Below are positions 39,058-50,294 of a DNA stretch of 64,000 nucleotides, piece after piece. Position 1 is the stretch's first letter, and the number at the start of each line of letters is the position of its first letter. The notes under the pieces are model-generated. The model searched no databases and was not told the origin of the DNA. It was given only the letters and a program-made list of their open reading frames with translations. Source of the DNA: Eledone cirrhosa (lineage: Eukaryota); contig OZ024741.1 of assembly GCA_964016885.1 (NCBI GenBank), positions 149,544,001-149,608,000 of the forward strand, given 5' to 3'. A program made the translations under genes and the position numbers.

Positions 39058-41730
39058 GCACTGCCCGTGGTGAAAGTTTTCGTGAGGGGAAAGCCACAGC
39101 GAGCCCTCGTGGACACGGGCTGTACGACAACACTGGTGACCGCGGGGGTGGCACAGAGGTGGAGAGGGAAGAGCAGTCGATGGTAGGAAAATTGAATGCC
39201 GAGGTCGCAGCGAGGTGGAGATGGCAGTACGGGGATAGAAAATAAGGCTTTCTGCCATCGTAGTCGACAACGTGGTTATGGGCATGGACGCAATTGGCCG
39301 TCTAGGAGGCGTCACAGTGAACTACGTCGGTGTGTCGTTTGGCGGCGCCACATCAGTATGCGCGGTGAGTACGCGACAGGAGAACCAGAAGGCCCGCGAG
39401 GAGAAATATCCCGCTTACACTGTACAGGACAAAGACTTCAAGGCCGTGTTCGATGGGTCGTTGAGTGGTACTGGAAAGGAGAACCACCAACACTGAAGAC
39501 CAAAGTTGGCTGCTATCAACACACATTGAAGGGGGACATTTGGAGCGAGTTCGAACGAGAGGTAGAGAGATGGATTGAGGAGGGCATACTGCTTCCCTGG
39601 AAAGAGAGGTGAAGTGCGGAGTATTGCCGTTAATGGCGGTGGCGCAACCCACGAAGAACAAGGTGAGGCCGGTACTGGACTTTCGGGAGCTGAACAAGCA
39701 TGTGTCATGCCACACGGGTGGCGAGGTCACGGATGTCTGTGGGGAAACCCTGCGTGAGTGGAGACGCATGACAGGGGCTTCCGCAATCGTCGACCTAAAG
39801 TCGGCATACTTACAATTACACATAGATGAGAAGCTCTGGCAGTATCAGCTGGTCAGGTATCAGGGCCGGACATATTGCCTGACCAGGCTCGGTTTTGGGC
39901 TGCGCTCTGCACCGAAGATCATGGCGGCGGTCCTCAAGACCATTCTGGGAAAGGCCGACAAGATGAAGAGGGCCACTAATTCCTACATTGACGACATCCT
40001 AGTGGACGAGTCTGTAGTGTCGGCGGCGGAGGTCACAAGCCATTTACAGGGGTATGGACTGGCTGCGAAGCCGTCAGAAGCGTTGGAGGAGGGAGCCGCG
40101 CTGGGACTTAGGCTACGGTGAGACAGGACGGGCGTGTTAGTATTCCAGAGGGGAAATGAAGTTCCAGAACTGGGCCCAAGTATGAGTAGGCAGGAGCTTT
40201 TCTCGGCGTCTGGAAGGTTGGTGGGTCACTACCCGATTGCTGGGTGGCTCCGGACGGCATGCAGCTATGTCAAGAGACGAGTGGGCAGGGTGACTTGGAG
40301 TGACAGAGTGGGAGAGAGGACGGTGGCCATGATGCAGGAGATCGTGGAGAGGGTGAAGGCCGACGACCCAGTGCAGGGACGCTGGTATGTTCCCAAATCG
40401 CAGAGCAGGACCGTATGGTGCGATGCCAGCAGCATAGCGCTAGGTGTCACGTTGGAGATAGGAGGTGTTGAGGTCGAGGATGCAGCCTGGCTTAAGAAGA
40501 AGGACGATTGCAACCACATCAATGTGGCCAAACTGGACGCGGTGTTGAGAGGTGTGACCCTCGCCCTGAGGTGGGGACTGCGCACCATCAAGATCTGCAC
40601 TGACTCGGCTACTGTACTTGGATGGGTGAGATCAGTGCTCACCAGTGAGAAGAGAGTGCGAACGAGAGGGGCGGCGGAGATGCTGATAAAGCGCCACCTG
40701 GGAACTTTAGGAGAGCTGGCCACCGAGTTCGACCTGAGGCTGAGCGTAGTTTTCGTGCCCTCAGAGAAAAATAGGGCGGACGTTTTAACCAGGGTGAAGA
40801 AAGCCTGGATGGAAGCGCCGGAGGATGTAGAAGAGGAGATAGCTGCCATGTGTCGGCTGACCGAGTCGGATCTGAAAGGGTTGCATGACATGCACCACAT
40901 GGGAGTGGATAGGACTCTGTTCCTAGCCAGGAGAATCGACTCGGATGTTACAGACACAGTGTTCAAAGAGTGGTTAGAGGCTGCGTCCGATGTCAGTCCA
41001 TTGATCCCGCCCCGGGTGTGCACGAAACGGGAAGCCTACCGGTGGATCGCGACTGGAAGCGATTGGCGGTGGATGTAACACACTACCGACAAGGAACATA
41101 CCTCTCAATGGTCGACTGTGGAGGGAGATGAAGACTGGAACGGCCGAGGAAATCAGGCAGACGTTGAGAGAGGTGTTCTTGGAGCGAGGCCCTGTGGACG
41201 AACTGCTGATGGACAACAGCGCAGCGTTCCGCTCGGAGGCGCTGAGGGAGATGCTCGATGGATGGAAGGTGGACCGTTTCTTCAGAGCAGTGTACGGGCC
41301 GAGCGGAAATGGAATCGTGGAGTGACACCACCGGACGATCAAAGCAATGGCGGAGCGGGACCACATCTCACCAATTGAGGCAGTGTTCTGGTACAACATG
41401 TCTCCTCGGGTGGGACAGGTTGAGGAATCGGTGCCAGTGGAGAGAGAGAATGCATTCGTGCAGGTGGGCGAAGAAGTCTGAGTTAAGACCCCAGATGCAC
41501 GTTGCACATCTCAATGGGAAAGGGGAACGGTGACGGCCGTAAATTCCCAGAGCAATGTGTCCGTGGACGGAGTACCACGTCATGTCCTGGATGTCCGTAG
41601 ATTTACTATGTCAACGGACACCAAGGAAGAGGAAACCCAAAGTGCCGACCCAACACTGCGGAAATCGCAAAGAAGTCGCAAACCACCAACCTGGACAGCA
41701 GACTTTCATATGCAGCAGGACGAGGCTGGG
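39058..41730 (+). pseudogene. pol (disrupted): aspartic protease, RT, RNase H, DDE integrase
   Basis: ALVDTG at ~39103; RPVLDFRELN, DLKSAY, GFGLRSAP, YIDD (39984); WCDAS...HINVAKLDAV; HHMG...CVRC zinc finger; LLMDNSAAF and SGNGIVE integrase core. Confidence 0.9.
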
Positions 41731-41733
41731 GAG

Positions 41734-41916
41734 TGCTCGACCGGAAGAGTGCTTGACCGGAAGGGTGCTCGAGCGGAAGGGCCAGCAGGTCTGCCTCTCT
41801 CTAGGGTGGTTTGGAGCTCCCGGTTAACGAGCTGGATTGTACGCACGTGGGAGAGGAGAAACCAGCCATTGGATTAGCGGTGCCAGCGGTAAGTGAAGTA
41901 GCTTTTTCTAACCACA
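41734..41916 (+). repeat. 3' LTR
   Basis: Starts with TG right after the purine tract, has three 16-bp TGCTCGACCGGAAGGG-like units, and ends ACCACA. Confidence 0.9.
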
Positions 41917-42986
41917 TATATAACCAAAGATTAATATGGTTCATATATAACAATTTTACAATAGATTAGAAGCACTCGACAAAAGATTTTACTGGATTAT
42001 TTAATATTATTCAAAATATTAATAAATGAAAAATATTCTCATAATCAAAATATATATTTTATTATACATATTTCAAAGGTACAATGGTGTTTAAGTACGT
42101 TTTCAACAGATAAAATATAATATTTGATATGCGACATACCGCTCCAGTTTTGATTATTCGATTCCAATAGTGGCAGTGATTTATTTCACCAACTCTCAAC
42201 GTTTTTATACCACAAATAATATGATAAACTTAGAGAAGAAGAGGACGTAGAGCAAGGTAGAAATATAGAAGGGGAGTTGAGATGGAAGATGCAAAGAGAA
42301 ATAAACAAATAAATAAATAAGGGAATAAAAGAAGAAAGAAAAAGATGTAAGAGGAAAGTGTGGGGGGGGGGGGGGTAAAAACAGAAGAAGGGGAGAAAAA
42401 AGAAAAATTATTAAATATGTATTAAAATATAATAACATGCATATATCCCCATCAATATATATAATATTTTGTTCATTTATTATCTAAATTAATTTAAATT
42501 TTAAAAATTCACTTTTTGTGAAACTACGTCATTTTTTAATTTTCATTTATTTCTTAGAATCCAACTGTGATTATATTTACTCTCTAAAATTTTATTTCAT
42601 AAAATGAATGGTTATATTTACTTCTGTATTTAATTATTCTGATATATATAGTTTCCTTTTAATGATAGTCTATATATTATTAAACTATTAATCATTATTT
42701 ATTAATCCATATTTTATATTTTATATATGTTTTTTCAAGCTAATCAAAAAAATGTTTCCGGACAATGTAAACAAAAGGAAGATAACTCATTTACAATGTA
42801 AAAGCATTTTTTAACTTATATGGAATCTCTTGTCACGTCCAGCGATATTTTAAGAACCTTAAACTATCTATTGTATATATCCTAATTGATGTCTAATCAA
42901 ATCATAGGATAAAAAAAACTCTCAATGAGGTTATTCTATTACATATAAATATCTAAATTATTACTTCAGTTAGGCAAAATTTACAT

Positions 42987-44345
42987 ATATCTCCTGCTCT
43001 GAGCAGGTGCTACGGTAAAGCCAGAGTCCTGGTGTTTCTCCAGTGCAAGGCGCATACAATAGTCCACTACGATGATAAAAAGGTAGGGAGCCAATGTATC
43101 TCCCTGGAGCACTCTAGCCAGTATCTCAAAGAACTCTGTCATCCCATCAGGTGTAATGACTTGGGCTTTGGTGTTGGTGTAGAGCAATGATATCAGGTCC
43201 ACTATCTTCTTGAGGATTCCATAAGTCTGTAACATCTTCATCAGGCAGTGACGGTCCACAGAATCAAAGGCCTTCCTAAAGTCAATGAAAAATGAAAACC
43301 ATGACCCCAGGAAGGCACTTTGTTCTAGCTCCCTCTAATATCCTCCTCAGCATCAGGGTGTGACTGGTGGTTGATCTTCCCTCTCTGAAGCCGTTCTGGT
43401 TGTCCCTGAGCTTCTTCTCCATCTCAGGCTGGATCCTGTTGAGGGTCTTTGCCACAAGTGACGTCAGTGAGATCCCTCTGTAGTTGTTGGTGTTAGAGAG
43501 ATCTCCCTTCTTTGGCATTGGGACGATGTTACTGATCCTCCACTGATTTGGGGCAACTCCTTTCTCCAGTGGTTACAGAACCCCAGGATGATATCATCAG
43601 AATCACACCTCTGATGCCATTCCATCTTCATGAGCCTTGCCCTCCTTGATCTTCTTGGCTCTCTGAAGCTCCTCTCTGGTGAAGGGCTCTGTCTCAATAT
43701 CCAGTTCTTCAAACAGCCGCCTGATCTTCCCAGTGCTCTGGGCTGTGGAGGGTGGTTCTCCTAGTAGGGTCCTAAAATGGTCTAGCCATTTCCTCTTCCT
43801 ATCCTCGAGCCCTGTTCCCTGGATCTGACTCAAACACCTTCTCTTCCTCCCTGTGATCTTGTTGATGATCATCCAGCTCTCCTTACATCCAGACCTCTCA
43901 ACCGCTCTCTCCACACTTCTGATCTTCTCTATCAGTGCCTCCTCTCTGGCCTCAGTGTAAGCGGTACAGAGTTCTTCCCTCATCACCTCCACAGTCTCCA
44001 TCCTCTCCTCCATAGGATCAGCATAGAATTGGTCCTTGGCAGCTTTCAGGTGTTCTCTGGCTGCACACACTTTTGGGTCTGCAGAGTTGACGTGCTTCCT
44101 TTTGTTCTTTCTCCTCGGCACCAGGGTCTCACTTGCTTCCGCCACTGCATTGCTGAAGTGCCCGTACCTCCTCGTCACACTCTCCTCTGTCTCTCCACAC
44201 AGAGCACTGAACCTGTTCCGCACTTCCACTGTGAACCTCTCCTGTAGCTTATCATCTTCCTTGAAAGCTCCCCACTCATAGATTGCTCTCCGGGGCTGAG
44301 CCTTGCTCTTTCTTAAGCTCACCCGGACCTCACTCATAACAAGCC
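42987..44345 (-). mobile_element. APE-type LINE (RTE-like), inverted 5' portion: end of endonuclease through the N-terminal part of RT
   Basis: PKKGDLSNTNNYRGISLTS, NQNGFREGRST, DFRKAFDSVDR and LQGDTLAPYLFIIVVDY on the minus strand, broken by frameshifts. Confidence 0.9.
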
Positions 44346-44829
44346 AACATAGTTTTGGTGACAAATACAGTGAAGGAAGCAGAGGATTTGATGCAGGAGG
44401 TTGAGACTGTGTCGATGAGTGTGGGGCTGAGAATGAATGAGACTAAAACAAAATATCTGGTAGAGAATGTTCAGAAGCCAGAGGGGATCACTAATGTAGG
44501 CGGGAAGCCGCTAGAATTGGTTGAGGACTTCCTGTATTTGGGAGGAAAGATTGGGAATACGGAAGATGATGTGGTTGAGACGAAGAGCAAAACCTGTGCG
44601 GCATGCCACAGCTTGAGATCGGTGTGGAAGTCGGACCTTCGTAAAGACCTGAAAATCTGCCTCTTCATAGCTGTAGTGGAGTCTGTGCTGCTGTACAAAT
44701 CTGAGACTTGGACACTGACCAAGAAACTCACTCAGATGGTGGATGGGTGCTACACGAGAATGCTGAGGATGGCTCTGAACATTAATCAGTATACACTGAG
44801 GATGAAAAACTCAGAGCTGTATGGGAGCG
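44346..44829 (+). mobile_element. Same LINE, downstream RT portion in opposite orientation, 3'-truncated
   Basis: IVLVTNT...GLRMNETKTKY...DFLYLG...VESVLLYKSETWTLT...DGCYTRMLRMALN is the region just after the catalytic ADD motif. Confidence 0.88.
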
Positions 44830-46220
44830 TACATTGCCTGGAAAGTTTTACAAATTTTATGATGACAACTACTAAATAGTTCCTTTTTTTTTGTTGATTA
44901 AATTGTCATAGTTTGTGATCATATGAAGAATCTCTTCATTACAAAGATGGCAAAATTCTGAGATTGCTGAGTTCCAGTAGGGTGTAGCATGCCATAATTT
45001 CCTCCAAGAGATAGAGTATTTAATGTTATTGTCCTTTAAAGACCATATTAATTGCGAAAGTGAAGTTGAAAATTTTTTAGCCGGTCTATTAAAAGTATGT
45101 CTGTTCCTTAAATTTAGATGAAGAGGCACCTATATAGTTATATATATTATCATTTGCCTTAATGGTACATTTATATACTAGATTTTTATCAAGGCAATTA
45201 TTTTGTAAAAGGCATTCAGACCTATTTCTACAATTACATTTATTTTCAATGTTATTTACAGACATTATACTATTCTCATTGCTATTTAAAGGCATTCTAC
45301 TATTATTCATGTTTAAACTATTATTATTGTTATTCCTATTAACCAATATATTATTATTGCTTATTAGAGGTTGGTTTGATTTTAGATTTTTATTATTTAT
45401 TTTTGCTTTATTTTGAGCGATATTCATAGAAGTTGAGTAAGGGAGTTTAACTGTGTGTCTATTGAAGATAGGGTAATATTTATGAGATCTAGGGAAGCAT
45501 TTATCCAAAGCTTTAAAAAATAAATGTGCTACAGGTGTCTTAATAACTAAAGATGCTGGTGGTGCATACCAAATTATAGATCAAGTTCTTACTTTTTTCT
45601 TTGATTTATTCATCCAGTTGTTGTTTTTATATTCATTTTTATTTTGATAGATTTCAGTATTTTTTTCTATATGCTCAATGTTATTGTTATATCAAGCTTT
45701 ATCTAACACTTCATTATAATATATAGCCTTACTATTAAATATGGATCTATTAGCAGAGAGCCTGGATATTTGTTGTTGTACACTGTTGATTATTGCATTC
45801 TTAACACTTTTAGGATGATTAGAATAAAAACTAACATAATTTAAGTTCTTATTGACTTTGTGGAAAGAATAATAAAGGCCTGAGTTCAGATTTAGAGTCA
45901 CATCCAAAAAATTAACTATTTTATTATTATTTTCTATTTCTAATTTCAGGTCATAATTTAAAAAAAATTCTATAATTGCTTTCTTTACTCTATTTAATTC
46001 ACTATTGTTATATTTTTCTACAATAAATAGTATGACATCCCTATATAAACCTCCGGTAATCTTGGGCAATTTTCTATTTATCATGTTAAGGATAAAAATG
46101 CCCACTAAATCCGTAACCTGAGCTGCGTCCGAAGAACCCATCGTAATGTCAAAATTCTTCGGTCTATCAGCCATAGTCCAAAGATCATTATTAAAATCAA
46201 TCAACTTGCTGTTAATATAT
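44830..46220 (-). mobile_element. Penelope-like element (probably Naiad-type), 5'-truncated RT plus C-terminal GIY-YIG, decayed
   Basis: FDITMGSSDAAQVTDLVG, GLYRD, NFLDVTLNL, IIWYAPP, CNCRNRSECLLQNNC, LVY...YIG, CHLCNEE, terminal ELFSSCHH. The clade name is recalled from family motifs, not from a search. Confidence 0.85.
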
Positions 46221-46362
46221 TTATCTCCTCACTAGATAGGTCTGTGTGTTTGTATGCATATGATAGTGCCTTATTTAATAGATTGGGAGTTATCGAGGAA
46301 TAATAACTGGCTATATCCATTTGAATTATTTTTGTTTAATATTTATGAACCAATCTATAACT

Positions 46363-46394
<32 letters not shown>

Positions 46395-46949
46395 TGCATG
46401 AAGTTTCTATTAATTAATACTGCCAATGTCTGCACCGTTGTGAAAATTAGGGTTGACCAATTCAGTTAAAAGAGCTGCACAATTAGATTGAACCCAAAAC
46501 TTTATGGTTGCAAAGGGAGGTTCTTAACTATACACTAATGCTTGAACTGAAGAGGCCATTGGCAGTGCTTTTCTCTCCCTTCCATCTCTTTTAGATGTCT
46601 GCCATTGATGAATTCTCTCATAGAATTGTACATTCTACAGTAGCTTGGGCCAATGTTTATTTCAAGTATTCATTCAGTGAAGGAGAGAAAAGCTTTCTTT
46701 TCAAAGATCATTACACTGCTGACCTTTGCCAAAGATCAAATTGAACTCAGCAGTACGTGCATTCCAAATATAACATTCCTTTTTATCCTTTTATGTTTAG
46801 GTATAATGTATCTAGTACTACATTTCCAAATGTGCCTTTCCATTTTTATAAACAATAGGGTGCGATTCACAGGGAGATTTCTCTGCTATAAATAACAATT
46901 TTTGGCTTGTGTTTTGTTGAAAGGGCAGCTCTACATTAATCTTTCCATT

Positions 46950-47460
46950 ACCATATTTCAAATGAAAAATACTACCTACGATTTGAAGGAAGTTAGTGTT
47001 GTTTTGTCTGGGTTTTTGTTTTAAATAATCAAGAATTTGGAAGGATTTAGTAATGTAACTATATTTCTCATTATTATGTTCGTGTTTGGAGCATAACTTA
47101 ACAAACGCTCTTATATAAAATTTTTAGATAAATATAAATCCTTTAACACTTTTGTTATATTTCTAATGAAAAATAAAACCTATGATTTTCAAATTATTTT
47201 GAAAATAATCAAGAATTTGGAGGGATTTAGTAACATAACTGACATTCTAATTGTTAAGCTGGTGTTTAGAACATAATAAAGGTTCTTGCATAAAATTATG
47301 AATGGAAGTTTTTGAAATGTCAACACTTTAACACTTTTGTAACTATATAATCTAAAAAAAAACACTGCCTATAATTTTGAAAATAATAAATAATTTAGAG
47401 GAATAAAATTATGATGAAAGGATTTTAGATAAATATAAACACTTAAAAGTAAACAGATGG
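46950..47460. mobile_element. Tandem degenerate copies of the AT-rich MITE family
   Basis: Repeated AAATAATCAAGAATTTGG.AGGATTTAGTAA and TTTAACACTTTTGT motifs resemble 32471-32716. Confidence 0.6.
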
Positions 47461-48409
47461 CTGTGGTACTAGTATGGGTAAGAAGTGGTGACTGTAAAAA
47501 GTGGCATCTACTGTTGGAAGGGGAAATGATGAGGTCAAATTTTAGGAAGTTGAAACTCACAGATTAACAAAGACCAATGTAATTCATAATATGTTATGTT
47601 ACACACTTGATCAACGGATGTTAAAACATTGATGGTCATCATGATGATGATATATTATAAATAAATATTTGTATGTGTGATTGTTTAAATGTATGTATAA
47701 TGGTATGTTAAAATATATATATGTGTGTGTGTATATATATATCTGTATGTATAAATTGTATATATATATATATATATATAAAGAAAGAGAGAGAGAAATA
47801 TTTAGAAAAAAGTAAGGATGGGAACAGCACAGAAGTATATTTAAAGAATCTTTTTTCTTCTTTAATCCGACAAAGTGATTATTAAAAAAAGGAGAAAAAC
47901 ATTTTTTTTAAAAAAAGAGGTTTTATGAAATTTATGAAATATAATAAAAAATAATACTGGGTTCATCTTATCAAATATTTTTAAAATATTAAGAGTTGAA
48001 GAAAGTCTGTTCATATTTCATGTTGAGAGAATGAATTAGTCACTTTAGAAAAAATACTCTATATATCCATACCCTATGTAGGTGGTAGTAGTGGCATAGG
48101 AGGAAGAATATTTCTATATCTGTGTGTATGAATCTTTATTGTATTAAGATAGTGGTCAAAGGTTCAGTGGAGTGGGGATGGCAGAAGATATAAGCAAGGA
48201 ATAAGTGCTTTGGGGTCCAGTTATATATATGTATAGCAGTAGAAAGAAAAATAGAAATAAAAAATAATTTGGCTCTGTCAACCCTTCTCCCTTGGAGTTA
48301 GAACTAATATAGATAAAAAATTCTTAGTACTCCTTGTCTAGGAGTACTAAGGATTAGGGCATAAATACAGACACAGGGTGAAACTCGGATAATCCTGTGT
48401 TAAAAATAT

Positions 48410-50290
48410 GAAAGCCCATATTATCACCAACCCCATCAGTGCTCCTTCACCCAAATGCTCCAGTAGAAAGTCGGAATCATGCCCTCTACAACAGTGTAAC
48501 ACACCTGCAGTCATCTACGGGGCCAAATTTCCATCCACCCGGCAGAATGAGGGGAACAGAAGTGATGAGCGACAGGAGTGTCTTTACCCAGTCATATATC
48601 CCTTAGGTGTTTGGAAAATCAGTCCGCTAGAGGGTGACCTGCCTGTCCAATGTAAAAAAACACTGGAGGGTGTAGACAACATTGGTGGAGGTGCAAGTAA
48701 GGGAGTGGTGAATACGAAAGGAATGGTCCCTACCTGTGAGGCTTGTTATATAGGAGCAGCGGTGTCGAGAACAAGAACAGGAGCCAGGAGTGCTAGGGGA
48801 GGAGGAACTGTGCACAAGAAGGTCACAGAGATTATGGGCACACTTAAAGGCAGTGATGGGTGGGTTGGAAAAGAAGCGAGAAGTGACGGGTTCAGAAACG
48901 AGGGTTCAGAAACAATGAAGGATGTGACGACATAGTGGTAGGTGGGGGGGGGGGGGGGGGGTGCAGTATCAAGGACAGCTTGAATCATGGTGGGAGGATA
49001 TCCATGACTTGGTCTCAAAATTATGGTCCTGGCTGCAGAGCCGACGAAAATAGAGGAATTGGGAGTAGGGTATAAAGAGTTTGGTGTGGGTGGGGTGGGA
49101 GGAGGTGGTGTAGGAGTGGGAATCAGTGGGTTTGTAGAAGATGGAAGTAGAGAGTGTCTGATGAGTGTGATCGATAGAGAGAGAGATGTCGAGAAATTGG
49201 ATGGAAGAATCAGAGATGGAGGTGGTGAAGTTGAGAGCGAGATGAATAGACTGGACAAAGGAAAGAGAGGTGCCGCAGATACAGTCGTCGATATAACGAC
49301 TGTATAACTCAGGAGTAGGTCCAGTGTACTGGGAGATCTGGGCCTCGACTTAGCCAACAAACAAGTTGGCATAGTTTGGGCCCATTCTGATACCTATGGC
49401 TATCCCAGAGACCTGCTGGTAAAATTCGACAGAAAAGGAAAACCAATTGAGGGTGAGAACAAGCTCAGTAAGATGGAGAAGAGTGGATGTGCTAGGGTAA
49501 GGTGTAGGTCCAAAAAGTGACGGAGAACATGGAGGTCATCATCGTGAGGGATGACAATGTAGAGAGAGGTGATGTCCAGGGTGAAGAAGAGGCAAGAGGA
49601 GCCAGAAGAGGAGAAGCAACCAGTGTGAGTGTCAGTGATTAAGACTTGTTAAGTCATCCGTCTGTGTTGATGATGGTGTGTTGTGGAAGAAAGCTTTAAG
49701 CTTTAATCAATGTAAGAACCCTTTAATCTCTACACGTGTGCGGAACTTGTTGCAGGTGGATGTGGTAGGTATGAAGTGCAAACTCCGGATGAGGAGGGAA
49801 CACTCAGCTTCGGAGAGTAGTAGATCCTGAGGTAGGGCGACAACAGAAGTACGTGAGGGAGTGACAATAGCAGAGGTGGAGGGGTTGTGGTGGCTAGGCA
49901 TGGCGAGAGGAGGGGGGGGGGGTGAGCAAGGGGGTTTTAGGTGATGGGATAGGGTTAGGGTTGTATGTCTGGTGATGGCAGGCAGGGAGCAGAGTGAGTC
50001 AAGGTTTTGATTCTTGCTAGAGGTGAGAAAATTGAAGAGGAGGCAATTGAGGTAAAGGATGGATTGGACGAGGAGTTCGCAAGTAGAAGAAAGAAGAAGG
50101 TGGCTTTGGGGAGATCTCAGTTGAGAGAGAGTGAAACGGATAGTTGCCCGCATGAGATGATGAGAGGAGGGGATAGCAGTGTGGTGGAGAAAAGAGTATA
50201 AGATGGTGGAAAAAAGAGGCTCAAGAAACGCGCTGTTGCAGAGGTAAATGACTCCAATCTACTCAACACCTTGCATTGAGCAGCATCCTG
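48410..50290 (-). mobile_element. Second Penelope-like element (Neptune-like), decayed RT plus GIY-YIG remnant
   Basis: Minus-strand LDITSLYIVIPH, ELVLTLNWFSF, QQVSGIAIGIRMGPNYANLFVG, RYIDDC, and TCTSTNVVYTLQC near 48660-48700. Confidence 0.82.
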
Positions 50291-50294
50291 CAAC

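Larger units (their letters stand above)
37963..41916 (+). mobile_element. Near-complete but decayed LTR retrotransposon (gag-PR-RT-RH-INT order, Gypsy-like), ~3.95 kb
   Basis: Two direct TG...CA LTRs, PBS-like TGGCGACGAG at 38292, purine tract GAGGCTGGGGAG before the 3' LTR, and all pol domains recognisable despite stops and frameshifts. No clear TSD (TG-rich and TA flanks). Confidence 0.93.

Noticed and set aside
40265-41507. Long antisense ORFs in the LTR element
   Set aside because: Shadows of the GC-rich pol frame with no motifs.
42505-42535. GAAACTACGTC after a small hairpin as a second hammerhead
   Set aside because: No CUGANGA box upstream.
45575-45700. In-frame TGA codons in the PLE as selenocysteine
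   Set aside because: They fall where Arg or Gly is expected, Cys motifs use normal codons, and the copy also has frameshifts.
46540-46900. Possible hAT transposase C-terminal remnant (QATVE-like, minus strand)
   Set aside because: Too degenerate to support without an HMM search.
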